From Trichomonas gallinae (Eukaryota), in NCBI GenBank assembly GCA_008369845.1, contig MRSU01000672.1, forward strand, positions 1 to 64,000: DNA of 64,000 nucleotides, given 5' to 3'. Below the pieces are notes generated by a model that was not told where the DNA came from, ran no database searches, and worked only from the letters and a program-made list of their open reading frames with translations. Every line of letters starts with the position of its first letter. The first letter of the stretch is position 1. Shown one piece after another: positions 51,161 through 61,573 of the stretch. The translations under genes were made by a program, and so were the position numbers.

Positions 51161-54100
51161 ATGACTTTAAGGGCTGAGCAATTTTGGATAAAAGGGCCAC
51201 CAGCAGGGCTCCGAGAGAGCATTATTGGGTCTGGCCTCGTAAAAGATTCAAAAATTGCAGCCCAAGTCAATATCAAACATCCAAAAACAGCACAAATACG
51301 AATGACTGATGATACTCTCAACAGATTAAGCGCGACAAAGACAGCTGTTAAGCCTAGGAGGAAATTATCATATACTTCCCATACAGTTTTAGAACCAATT
51401 CAAAGAACAAATCCGCAAATCGCCGCATCAAATAGCTGTACATTCGCTGAGCCGCCTAAACGTCAGCCGCCTGATGAAATGTCGCCATTTCCTTATCCTT
51501 CCGAAAATGTATTAGTTCCAATCAAAACTCCTTTCGAAGAAGCATTATTAACAGAGAAAACAGCAACTGAGCGCGAGCAATCGCAAGAATTACTCAAAAA
51601 ATTCAATAAAATCTTAGAAGAACTTGAATATCAAAAAACACAAAAATTAACCCCAACACAACAAGCAGAGAACTATAGCAACACATTAAATGCGTATTAT
51701 ATGCTATGGAATGATGTTATTCTCAAAATTAAAGGCTATAACAAAGATTATTCGATGATGTTGATTCAAATCAAAGATTTCTTCCAAGAACTTCTCGAAA
51801 AATTGCCTAAACTTGCTAAATCATATGAGAAAAGACTTGCTGAAATGCAGGATCAGCAAAATGAACTCAGACAAATTATTGATCAATTAAATACTCAATG
51901 CGAAGAATATAAGAGAGATATCGAAATAGGACAAGATAAATTCGTCAAAATGAATAACACTTTGACACTCACAAGGAAACAATACGAAGCAGAAAATGCG
52001 GAAAAAACAGAATTATTGATTCGAGTCGAAGAACTCAAGAACAAGACAGACGAAGCAACATATAGAGTGGGCAAGCTCCAAGAGATGAGGAAAACTCTCG
52101 AAGGAAAAATAGAAGAATACGTAACAGAAAGCGATGATTTGCATAATCAGATTCACCAATATGAAGCATTAGTCGAAAAATACGAAGAAGAAGGTGCAGG
52201 CTTCAGACCAATGTATCAGAAAGCGTCAGAAGAACTTAACGAGCTCAAAAGAAAATATGAAGAATTAGAAGCCGAACTTGCAGAATACAAAGCCCACGAA
52301 GCGAAAAGCGATATCGGTACAGATCCCGTCTGGACGATTACCGACTCCTCAACTAAGAATAAATCCGACGGTGGAAAGAAAGGAAGGGCAAGACAAATTT
52401 CGCAGAGCAAAAATCATTTATCGACGAAGAAGGGAGACTCAGTTCACAGCTCTGTGGAGTCATTCAAGCTGAGCGACCTGACCGGCAGCCAATCAGCGCT
52501 CAGAGATGATTCGCAAAGAGCTTTGTTGGGTAATGATTCGATCGCAGAAATTTCAAGCGACGGCAGCCAGATATTGATGACAGAAATGCAGCTAGAACTG
52601 CCGAAATCTCAAGAGCCTTCGAAGCCAGCGACACCATTAGATCTCGCAAAGCGTAACGAAAACAACAAATCAAATGAATCTATTGCAAGCGTTAAATCAA
52701 CGAAATCTACTCATTCCAAAGACGGCGAAGAAAAGAATTATAATGCAGAACAAAAAGAACAAACACCAGCGAAGGAACAAACAGAAACTTCAGAAGCTCC
52801 ACCAGAACAAGAACAAGCAGTCGTTGAAGAAGAAGTGTTTGCAAACATCGTTGACAAATTACCGCCTGATTACAATCCTGATGAATATATTATTTCTCAG
52901 GCAGATACAATGGTTACATATGTTTACACTTTGCTGCCAAAGAAATACGACGAATATAATATTTATGCTGGTGCTGATGCATTCCAGCTATACGCTATTC
53001 CTAAAGATGTCCAGCTCAAGCCTTTCTCATGGACATTGAGGTATGTTATTACTATATTAAGAGACGGCTTCGAGCAGATCAAGTCTCAGACCGACGACAT
53101 AACTTTCAAGGCAATTATCGAGAACGTTATGATGGAATCACATAAGAACGATGCTGTCGTAAGAAGAATCGAAGCTTCCTTGATGACATCTGTTGTCCAC
53201 TTTAGGAAGGTTTCTAAGACAATGGACTTCTTCATCAAATTCGTCATCGGAGAATTTTCTGTCACCAATTTCAAGTTCTTCAATATGCTGTTCAGCTCTT
53301 CTTTCTCGTCGATTTTCCCGAGAGTCGAGATAATAACAAACGACCCTGATGTAGAAGAAGATGCAAACGCGTTCACTATTCATCTTTCGAACTGCAACAG
53401 ACTTGCGACGATGTTCTTGAAGATGAACACGCTGCCGAAATCCATCGCTTTGAAGCTAGTTAGAATGGCTCCAGACAAAAACTATCCAATGATGGTTTCA
53501 TTCTGGGACTTTGCCACCGAAATGATCTATCTTTTCAACTCCATGCACAAGAATTTCCACACTTCAATCAGAAACTGCTTCAAGTTGGTTGGCGTCGGAG
53601 ATGTCGAGAAAATTGTCTTCGATAATTTTGTTGGCTTCTGCTTAGTCATAATGCCAGACTCTACAGATAAGAGCATCAAAGAGTTATGGAAGACTATCTC
53701 TCTGACTGTCGGCGAAATGAATGCATATTACATAGAATATCCATACATTTTGCAGTACTTTGGTGAAAATCAGGCAATAGTCGAAGCTATTCTCAGCCTT
53801 CCTAAGAACGACGCATTCGATAATCAGTTCAAAGTCATGGTCAACAAGAACGACAGGCTTTACCAGTTCATGAAGAACAGATACATTTCTTACATACCAC
53901 AACTCAAGGCAGCAATCAAACCAGTATTGTTGAACAAGATAATGAAATTCATTTTCAATATAAGAAACCAGATGTTGAAATGCGATTTGTCAGAAGCATT
54001 CATGTATTACAGGCATATCTTACAGACAGTGGATTTGTCAATCACCCAGGCAAATCCTTATTACATATTCCCGCCAACAATGTCAGTAAGCGACGTTGAA

Positions 54101-54271
54101 ACTCTCCTGAATTCTATGAAAGCAAGAGAGAAAGTTACTTATTTCGCTGTCAACGTAGATTTAGCTGACGACATGGATAAGTCTGAGTCTTCAGAAAGTC
54201 TAAATCCTGCTGATGTCCAAACGTCAAGCAAACAAGAAGGAGATGCACAAGCAACTGCGGCAAAAGTTTAA
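51161..54271 (+). CDS. Large coiled-coil protein with helical C-terminal domain
   Basis: 1036-aa ORF; heptad-rich region at ~aa 215-380, Ser/Lys/Glu-rich linker, folded helical C-half. Family not confidently recognised. Confidence 0.75.
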   Translation: MTLRAEQFWIKGPPAGLRESIIGSGLVKDSKIAAQVNIKHPKTAQIRMTDDTLNRLSATKTAVKPRRKLSYTSHTVLEPIQRTNPQIAASNSCTFAEPPKRQPPDEMSPFPYPSENVLVPIKTPFEEALLTEKTATEREQSQELLKKFNKILEELEYQKTQKLTPTQQAENYSNTLNAYYMLWNDVILKIKGYNKDYSMMLIQIKDFFQELLEKLPKLAKSYEKRLAEMQDQQNELRQIIDQLNTQCEEYKRDIEIGQDKFVKMNNTLTLTRKQYEAENAEKTELLIRVEELKNKTDEATYRVGKLQEMRKTLEGKIEEYVTESDDLHNQIHQYEALVEKYEEEGAGFRPMYQKASEELNELKRKYEELEAELAEYKAHEAKSDIGTDPVWTITDSSTKNKSDGGKKGRARQISQSKNHLSTKKGDSVHSSVESFKLSDLTGSQSALRDDSQRALLGNDSIAEISSDGSQILMTEMQLELPKSQEPSKPATPLDLAKRNENNKSNESIASVKSTKSTHSKDGEEKNYNAEQKEQTPAKEQTETSEAPPEQEQAVVEEEVFANIVDKLPPDYNPDEYIISQADTMVTYVYTLLPKKYDEYNIYAGADAFQLYAIPKDVQLKPFSWTLRYVITILRDGFEQIKSQTDDITFKAIIENVMMESHKNDAVVRRIEASLMTSVVHFRKVSKTMDFFIKFVIGEFSVTNFKFFNMLFSSSFSSIFPRVEIITNDPDVEEDANAFTIHLSNCNRLATMFLKMNTLPKSIALKLVRMAPDKNYPMMVSFWDFATEMIYLFNSMHKNFHTSIRNCFKLVGVGDVEKIVFDNFVGFCLVIMPDSTDKSIKELWKTISLTVGEMNAYYIEYPYILQYFGENQAIVEAILSLPKNDAFDNQFKVMVNKNDRLYQFMKNRYISYIPQLKAAIKPVLLNKIMKFIFNIRNQMLKCDLSEAFMYYRHILQTVDLSITQANPYYIFPPTMSVSDVETLLNSMKAREKVTYFAVNVDLADDMDKSESSESLNPADVQTSSKQEGDAQATAAKV

Positions 54272-54698
54272 TTTATTTTTATTTTTGTTATTTATTTTTA
54301 TATATAATAAATTGTTGTTTATTTGAAACTATATGATTTCTATTGTTTCACTTTTAAACAGATGTCTTTAAAACCCTCATTATTATATTTTCAAAATTAA
54401 TTAATTGCAATTTGGCAATTTTAAAAAGTAATCTTCACTGAATTCAGGTATTAGTACGTTTGTTAACGCTCCTATAACTTGGATTTGAATTTTTTAGGGG
54501 GTTAAAAAGTGTAATAACCCTTTAATTCTTAAAAACATGAAATTTTGTTTGATATGATAATTACTTAATATACACATATCAAATTTCAAATTTTAATTTT
54601 GTCATTCTTTGAAATTTGATTTGATTTAATGTTATATAAAGATGTAGATATCGAATTTTTAATTTTTACAAAATTTTAAAAAAAACATTTTATTTAAC

Positions 54699-55334
54699 AT
54701 GCAACCTTCTTCTCCGCCAGCACCTCTGGAGGATGTAAAATTGCAAAAAATCGAAGTTGCTGGAGCCCTTGAACACGTTGAGGACCAGCTAAGAGCTACA
54801 GAAGAAACAAATTTTGTTTACAATCAAAGAATATCAGAACTCCAAGAAGAATTAAATCAAATGAACAAAAAATCGAAGAAAGCGTTCAGATTCTTGAATG
54901 ATAAACTAGAAAAACATCAAGAACGAGGCAAAGTTTTGCAAGAGGTTTATGATAGATACCCAGAAATCGATTTTATGAAAGAGCAGATCAGAATAATACA
55001 AGATTTCTGTAAGACAAGTTCCCAGTATCAGGATAGAAAATTCGATCCTGAATTTCTTCGAGAAATGGGAATTACAAAAAGCTGCCCAGATCCAAGCCAA
55101 AAGCTTATGAAATCCGTCGACTACTTGATCAAGCTATATACAGCAAGATATAAAGGAGTTTTTGGCTTCAAATTATATCCATATCAAAATTCTATGGAGG
55201 AAGAAAATTTATTCAACCTGATTCACGCATTAAAATCATCAATGAAGAAATCAGCGCAAAGATATGTCGCTGACACTGAAAAATTGAAAAATGAGATTGC
55301 AGAACTTGAAGAACAGATCCTAATGCTAAGCTAA
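54699..55334 (+). CDS. Hypothetical coiled-coil protein
   Basis: 211-aa ORF with N- and C-terminal heptad patterns. Confidence 0.65.
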   Translation: MQPSSPPAPLEDVKLQKIEVAGALEHVEDQLRATEETNFVYNQRISELQEELNQMNKKSKKAFRFLNDKLEKHQERGKVLQEVYDRYPEIDFMKEQIRIIQDFCKTSSQYQDRKFDPEFLREMGITKSCPDPSQKLMKSVDYLIKLYTARYKGVFGFKLYPYQNSMEEENLFNLIHALKSSMKKSAQRYVADTEKLKNEIAELEEQILMLS

Positions 55335-55622
55335 TTTACTCTTTTAGAAAGTATAGAAACCACATAATCTCGAAATTGTTTGTTAAAACTTAATATGTAG
55401 AAAGATAATTTTATTTTTTTAATTATATTATGCTTATAGAGTCAAAATATCTAGTATTAAGCTTTAAAACGATTTAAATAAAGAAATTTGTTGTATATTA
55501 GCTTTGAAATAATATAATTTGATTCAATATTTTTGAATAATTAAGATTCGTGGGTTTAGGATGAAAATAAAATAATAGTTGATGATTTTAAATCATTTGT
55601 TTCGTTGACAAATTCATTTTTA

Positions 55623-58328
55623 ATGGCTTTTTCTGTCGAAGATTTTTTATCATTAATTGAAACTGCGACAAAATCCACAGACAATAAGGCACGATCTTCT
55701 GCAGATGCCACATTAATGCAAATAATGCAGTCAGATGGTGAAGGTTTCCTTAAAAATATTTATTTAATAATATCAAATCACGAAAATCCACCAGAATGCA
55801 TCGTGGCATGCTCTGTTATTCTTGGTAGATTTCTTACATTTCAAGAAAAAGCTCATTACGACTACGTGAAACAGATTTTTGATAAAATTGAGAACGCAGA
55901 ATTAATAAATCTGCTATTAACTACAATAGATCAAATGGTTAAGCAGATAGAAAGCACACTAATACAAATGCAGGGCGCACAGCTCATTTCTTTATATTTG
56001 CAATTAAAACCAGACAATATTATCAATCTTCTCAGTCAATATATTGACTTATTTGGAACTGAAAACACTCCATTCGAATTTCAATGCGTTGTCATACAAA
56101 TTTTTGATAATATTTTCCATCTCAAGAATATTATGGGTATTATTAAAAATCGTAGGGATACTTTCTTTACAATCGTTCTTAGATTCGTAGAAATACTTAA
56201 ATTCATTCTCGCAGTTAATGAAAGTATTAATGATGCAATAATGATTTTGAAATCAAAATCTTTAGTCACACTGCAAACGATATTGGATGTATCTTATTAT
56301 TTGAGTTCTAGAGCAAATGTGAATATCGATTTTGCTACCGATAAAAATATTTTAGAAATTTTAGATTTAATGAATGTGTTATTACCAGTTCCTGATATCA
56401 ACTTTTATCAACTATGTCACAATTTACTTCTATCAATTGCTCGAAAATACTACATCTATAATGATGAAATCGTTCAAAAAACATTAGATTTTATATTTAT
56501 TGGAATCAGTAATAAAGCAGAAGGATCTGAACCATATAGATGCACATCATTGCAGTTTTTATATGATTTTTCAGGATTTGAAATCGAAACAATCCAAAAT
56601 TATGGAATACCGCCTAAATTTACACCGCAATACATTGAACAACAGTTTCCACTTATCATTGAATGCATTTGTAGCGTGAATGAGGCAGATTTTGATGTTG
56701 AAGAACCAAGTACAATAAATCTTTCAAATGCAGCAGCATCAGCACTTGGCCGTATATTTAAAGCAGCTCCAGCACAAACATTTACAGAAATTAAGAAATT
56801 TGTTGAAGGATTAGATTTTGAAAATGGAAATTGGGTGATAAAATATGTTTATTCTAATCTATATTACATAGTTGGATGCAGGATTCCATATCAGATCCAC
56901 GAAGTACTCAAACAGCACTTAAAAGCATTTATCAGTAAAAACTTTATCAACATGATACAATTAATGTACTCGCAGCACCAAAGATTACGCGAAGTCGTGA
57001 TTTGGTCAATAGGACAAACAATTGGGCACCATCCAAGTCTTTTCACGGATAATGTCAACCCATTCGAACTTCTAAATCAAATAATAAACGCTGCAGCTAT
57101 GAATGATACGGTGACAGATAATGTCGATGGATTAATCCACAAAAGAATAATTTCTTTGTTGCACAATATTTGCAGATGCTACACACCTGAGCATGTCAGC
57201 AGTCCCCTAGACTATGGATCAGGCTCAGAAATAATCAGATCGCTTATATTAAGCATCTTATCATTAGAAAAAACGCAGCAAGATTACGATTTAATCATTA
57301 GATGCTACGAAGCGTTGAATTGTTTATATCAAAACTGCCGATTGAATCCACCGGCAATTGATGAATACATGAGTATCACGCTGATGAATATGCAGGCAGT
57401 CATGAGCAAAGATTGCGATGAGTTCATTAAATTCACCCATGTTTCTGGAATCTGTTCAAACATTTCAGTATTAATGTCAAGAATTAAAAATTGCATCGAT
57501 ATTTTCATTAATCATCCGTCGCCAGACAATGATATTCTTCTTGAAAAGGCGAAATCATATATCGACACAATCGTGACAAACATGTTCATACTTCTCGACA
57601 ACAAGAACGAAATGATATACACTGAAGCAATGAGAACAATAGCAATGACAATTATATGTGGATCAAAATTTGACGGTTTCATGCCTAACTTAGAAAAACT
57701 TTCTGATTACATTCTCGGAAGTTTTGAGTCCAACAATGATGAAGTAATCGCGAGCAGCTGCACGCTTATATCAGATATGTTCAGAGTTTTGCCTGCTATG
57801 CGCGAGAATTTTTCCAAACCTTATCTAGATGTTTTATGCCAACATGTTAATGGTGATGTTCTCTCAATTTCTGCTCATTCGCATGTTTTTGAGGCGATGG
57901 CTGACATAGTTTCAGTTTTAGACAGAGAAATTGCTGTGCAATACGCAGAGCCGATTCTTTCGACATGCTCTTTGTTCATCCCATACATGGGAATAGATGA
58001 TGAATCTGGAGCCGATGCATGCGCAGCCGCTGCAAGAGGCATGACTGTTTTCGGAGCAATTAGTCACCCTGCGCCTGATAGTATGGCTGAGAGATCTATA
58101 ATAAAAATCGTTGAAATAATTTGTGGAAACATTTCGGCCTTGTCTGCGCCCATAGATCACTGCTACATTCGCGCTTTGGAGATGATCCGCGTTTTCTCTA
58201 AATTCGTCAGCAAAAAGAACATTCAACGCCTTCATACTGGTAAGTTCATCTCCTTGATAGAAAAGGCTGGAAAGAGGAGCAGTCTCAAAAATGCTGTTGA
58301 GGCAACATTAACAGCTCTTAATTCATAA
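55623..58328 (+). CDS. Importin-beta-like HEAT-repeat protein (divergent)
   Basis: ~900 aa helical; IBN_N-like start (ARSSADATL); acidic loop DFDVEEPS..LSNAAASAL; RLREVVIWSIGQ. Inr TCATTTT at 55614-55620 supports ATG 55623. Confidence 0.7.
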   Translation: MAFSVEDFLSLIETATKSTDNKARSSADATLMQIMQSDGEGFLKNIYLIISNHENPPECIVACSVILGRFLTFQEKAHYDYVKQIFDKIENAELINLLLTTIDQMVKQIESTLIQMQGAQLISLYLQLKPDNIINLLSQYIDLFGTENTPFEFQCVVIQIFDNIFHLKNIMGIIKNRRDTFFTIVLRFVEILKFILAVNESINDAIMILKSKSLVTLQTILDVSYYLSSRANVNIDFATDKNILEILDLMNVLLPVPDINFYQLCHNLLLSIARKYYIYNDEIVQKTLDFIFIGISNKAEGSEPYRCTSLQFLYDFSGFEIETIQNYGIPPKFTPQYIEQQFPLIIECICSVNEADFDVEEPSTINLSNAAASALGRIFKAAPAQTFTEIKKFVEGLDFENGNWVIKYVYSNLYYIVGCRIPYQIHEVLKQHLKAFISKNFINMIQLMYSQHQRLREVVIWSIGQTIGHHPSLFTDNVNPFELLNQIINAAAMNDTVTDNVDGLIHKRIISLLHNICRCYTPEHVSSPLDYGSGSEIIRSLILSILSLEKTQQDYDLIIRCYEALNCLYQNCRLNPPAIDEYMSITLMNMQAVMSKDCDEFIKFTHVSGICSNISVLMSRIKNCIDIFINHPSPDNDILLEKAKSYIDTIVTNMFILLDNKNEMIYTEAMRTIAMTIICGSKFDGFMPNLEKLSDYILGSFESNNDEVIASSCTLISDMFRVLPAMRENFSKPYLDVLCQHVNGDVLSISAHSHVFEAMADIVSVLDREIAVQYAEPILSTCSLFIPYMGIDDESGADACAAAARGMTVFGAISHPAPDSMAERSIIKIVEIICGNISALSAPIDHCYIRALEMIRVFSKFVSKKNIQRLHTGKFISLIEKAGKRSSLKNAVEATLTALNS

Positions 58329-58559
58329 CTTATATCTATAGAACTTTGTGTAAAGATTGATTCATTCTTTACCTAATAACTATTTTATATTCTTGTCATA
58401 TAAATATAAATAATTTTGAATACAGTAATTAAAGCTAATAGAATGATTTTGGTTCATAATTAGATATCAATAATTATTGATGTTTTACAATTGTAATAAC
58501 ACTATCAAAGTAATTTGTGACTTTACAAAGTATTGACAGCTTCCAAGCTGGACAATTTT

Positions 58560-58810
58560 CACTTTCCCAGCCGAAGCTTGTATCAACAGAGGAACATTTT
58601 CAAAAAATATTGAAGATCTGAAAAGAACACCAAAAACAAAAGAAATGTTCAACAAAATCTACGATATTTTCTATCGTAATTAACAGAAAACGATTTTGAT
58701 GCTTAGAATTTTGCAATGATAGAGTATTTATGCGATATTCAAAACGAAAATGGTGATCAAAATATAATTTTCTAGCGAAAGAAGAAACAAAAACTGCATC
58801 AATATATAGA
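58560..58810 (+). pseudogene. Decayed gene fragment, possibly the N-terminus of an ankyrin-family gene
   Basis: Broken reading EMFNKIYDIF / LTENDFDA*NFAMIEYLCDIQNENGDQNII with stops and frame changes. Confidence 0.3.
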
Positions 58811-58846
58811 GGTTATAATTTAGTTTGAAAGTTGTTGATAAACTAA

Positions 58847-60142
58847 TTAGTCGATCATCTTGCCTGGCTTGTTAGAGAGCTTTCCAGAAGCGCGGATGTT
58901 CTTCCTGTGCTTCTCCATCTGGTAGATGTGGATGTAGTCGATGTAGAGGATGAATGGGAGCTGGGAGTCATGGATCTGACCGCCTGTAGCACCCATAGCG
59001 ACGTTGACGACGATGTATTGTGGATAGTGGAATGGGTTGACGCCCTTGGAGTTGATTGTCCTTGAGAGGAGTGTAACTGTGACTAATTCGTCATCGAGGT
59101 AGAGCTTGATAGCTTCCTCATCCCAATCCATTCTCCATCTGTGGTACTTGTTAATCCAGTTTGGATCGACACGCTTAACCCAGTAATCGTAAAGTGGGAC
59201 ACCACCGCCAGCTGTTTCCCAGCCGCCCCAGCAGACGTTGAGGAGTGTGTGGTTCTGGTAGTACTCCATAATATCGATTTCACCATCATCTGGCCATTCA
59301 CCCATTGTATCTTCGTAGCCAAGTGTCCAGAAAGCTGGCCATGCGCCGGAAGCTGTTGGGATCTTCATACGAGCCTCGAATCTGCCGTATGTCCAATCTC
59401 TCTTGCCGGCTGTGATGAGGGAACCGGATGTGTAGTTGATCCACTTCCTAGAATACCTCCAGTCCTTGGAATTTGGATCGTACCATGGGTTTGGCTTGTC
59501 CTCTCTGATGCCCTTGATAACCATGTTGCCGTCCTCGATCCAGACGTTTTGTGGCTGATACCATTGTAATTCCCAGTTTCTGATGAAGCCTTCAACGCCA
59601 ACCCAGTCATCTGGATTCCATGGGCCCTCCTGATCGAAATCCTCGACCCAAACTGGGGAGTATGTTTGTTCATCATCCTTCTTCTTCTGAATAGCCAATA
59701 ATTCCTCATCGGTAGCTGGGATGATCTTCCAGCATGATGCGGAGCCCTTCTCGCGTGCATTCCATGTAACAATCATATGCCAGCCATTCTGAGCGTGAAG
59801 TGGGTCGTTGTTGCCTGTTGTAAGAAGATATGAGTCATCGTTTTGAACTTTTGTAAGAGCGTATAATTGTGGGTTGTTTGTGTTGATTGTAGATGTTTCG
59901 CCAGCGCGGCCTGGGTAGGAGACGGAGTTAACGTATAAGTTGGAGCCAACGTTTCTGATAGCGTATGTTGTTACACCACCAGATGTGTGTGGTTCGAACT
60001 TCCACAAGGCCATCTCATCCATAGCCTTGTCAGCGAAACGCATTGTAGCGCCTGGTGTTCTCCTTGTGCACCACATAGCCTTACCAGCGGAATAGTCAGG
60101 TCCCGCTGATATAATCCAATACACGAGTGTTGGATCTACCAT
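58847..60142 (-). CDS. Glycoside hydrolase family 16 (laminarinase-like) with N-terminal beta-trefoil/ricin-like module
   Basis: Catalytic GEIDIMEYY (ExDxxE), WPAFWTLG, YGRFEARMKIP, GFIRNWELQWYQP. Start MVDPT at 60142, preceded by TCATTTTT. Confidence 0.92.
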   Translation of the reverse strand: MVDPTLVYWIISAGPDYSAGKAMWCTRRTPGATMRFADKAMDEMALWKFEPHTSGGVTTYAIRNVGSNLYVNSVSYPGRAGETSTINTNNPQLYALTKVQNDDSYLLTTGNNDPLHAQNGWHMIVTWNAREKGSASCWKIIPATDEELLAIQKKKDDEQTYSPVWVEDFDQEGPWNPDDWVGVEGFIRNWELQWYQPQNVWIEDGNMVIKGIREDKPNPWYDPNSKDWRYSRKWINYTSGSLITAGKRDWTYGRFEARMKIPTASGAWPAFWTLGYEDTMGEWPDDGEIDIMEYYQNHTLLNVCWGGWETAGGGVPLYDYWVKRVDPNWINKYHRWRMDWDEEAIKLYLDDELVTVTLLSRTINSKGVNPFHYPQYIVVNVAMGATGGQIHDSQLPFILYIDYIHIYQMEKHRKNIRASGKLSNKPGKMID

Positions 60143-61573
60143 TATAGAAAAATGATATGAAAAATTGTAAAAATTACTTAACTGCAATGACGGGTCATAT
60201 GATATATATCCATAGCCGAGCAGAATTACCAAAATATGGTTTTTAATTATGGCAATTTTATTCTACCTCAACATTTTCCATTTCTGGAACAATAAATATA
60301 TAATACTCAATATAGGCATGCTGTATTTATGTTCTCGAGGCATAATTCAAAATGAGACACGTTTTTTTGAGTTTTGATGGGTTTACTGGGAAGTGATAGC
60401 AAAAATATATGTTTAAATCTATTATATTTAGCATCAAAATCAGTTTTTCTATGATTTTGAATTATTTGATTTAGAAAAAATTGAACAGAATCAACAATTG
60501 TTTGTAAAAATATAATATAAAAGATCTATATAGTCTATATTTACAACTAAAAACAATAATTATGCCATATTCAAAGTGATGTCATCATTACCTGCCGTTC
60601 TTTCAATTTATTTTTCTTATATTTTTGCATAATTCATTTCTATATATTCTATATTATGCATATTTCGAGTCAATAAGGTGGTTCATGATGGTCACGGTTA
60701 TGGTTCAAAAGCTGATCGTCGAAATATATTTTGGAAGTGTTTATTAACATGAAATTAATGATATTTTTCGTGTAAATAATCTTAGAAAAGTGACATGCAG
60801 AAAACTGTTGATTTAATTATGCCAAAACTTGCAGCGACAACCATGCAAAATATTACGTACGATAATGGTGGTCTCTGATCTGGGATCAAGTTCCAAATCC
60901 TGCATGTTTTTTTCAACAATCGGAAATATTCAACATCACAATAAAGATAAAAAGCTGCCAAAATCTACTATTATCCTTATTATCACCATGTATGCAATAC
61001 GACCAATGCAACGTATTTTAGATTTTTATTCAAAATTTAATATTCTAATTACACTTACAAATTTGTGAAAATATTGATTTGTATACCTTTTTTCTTATGT
61101 AATATGAACGAAAAAATATCGATATGAAAGTATTGACATGTAAAAATATATCTGACATGTAAAATTTTCAAAAAAATCTCAAAGAATTATATATTGTATT
61201 GATATGCTAATCTTTACATGAAGTCGAGGATCTCTTTTCAAAAGTTCTGTTTCATATAACTAGATTAAATTTTTCATTACTTTTCACTAATAATATTATG
61301 ATAATTTAATCAATATGAATTTTATGTTCCGAAATATGATTTATCCATTTATATTTCTATAATTTATATTCAATTGGATTTTCTTTAATCAACAATAAAT
61401 AAATGATATGCTAAACATTGAGGCAATACATTTGTTATTGCAAAGAGATAAAAGTCTTGCTCAAATAAATGATCATTGGATAAAAATGTAATTAGTTAAT
61501 AAAATCAAACAATTTTTATGGTTATAATGACTGTTGTCAACTATAATATTATTACAATATAAAAATAAATGAC

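Noticed and set aside
60590..61068. GC-richer patches and a 79-aa TTG-start ORF between GH16 and CFAP47
   Set aside because: No coherent frame, structure or family motif.
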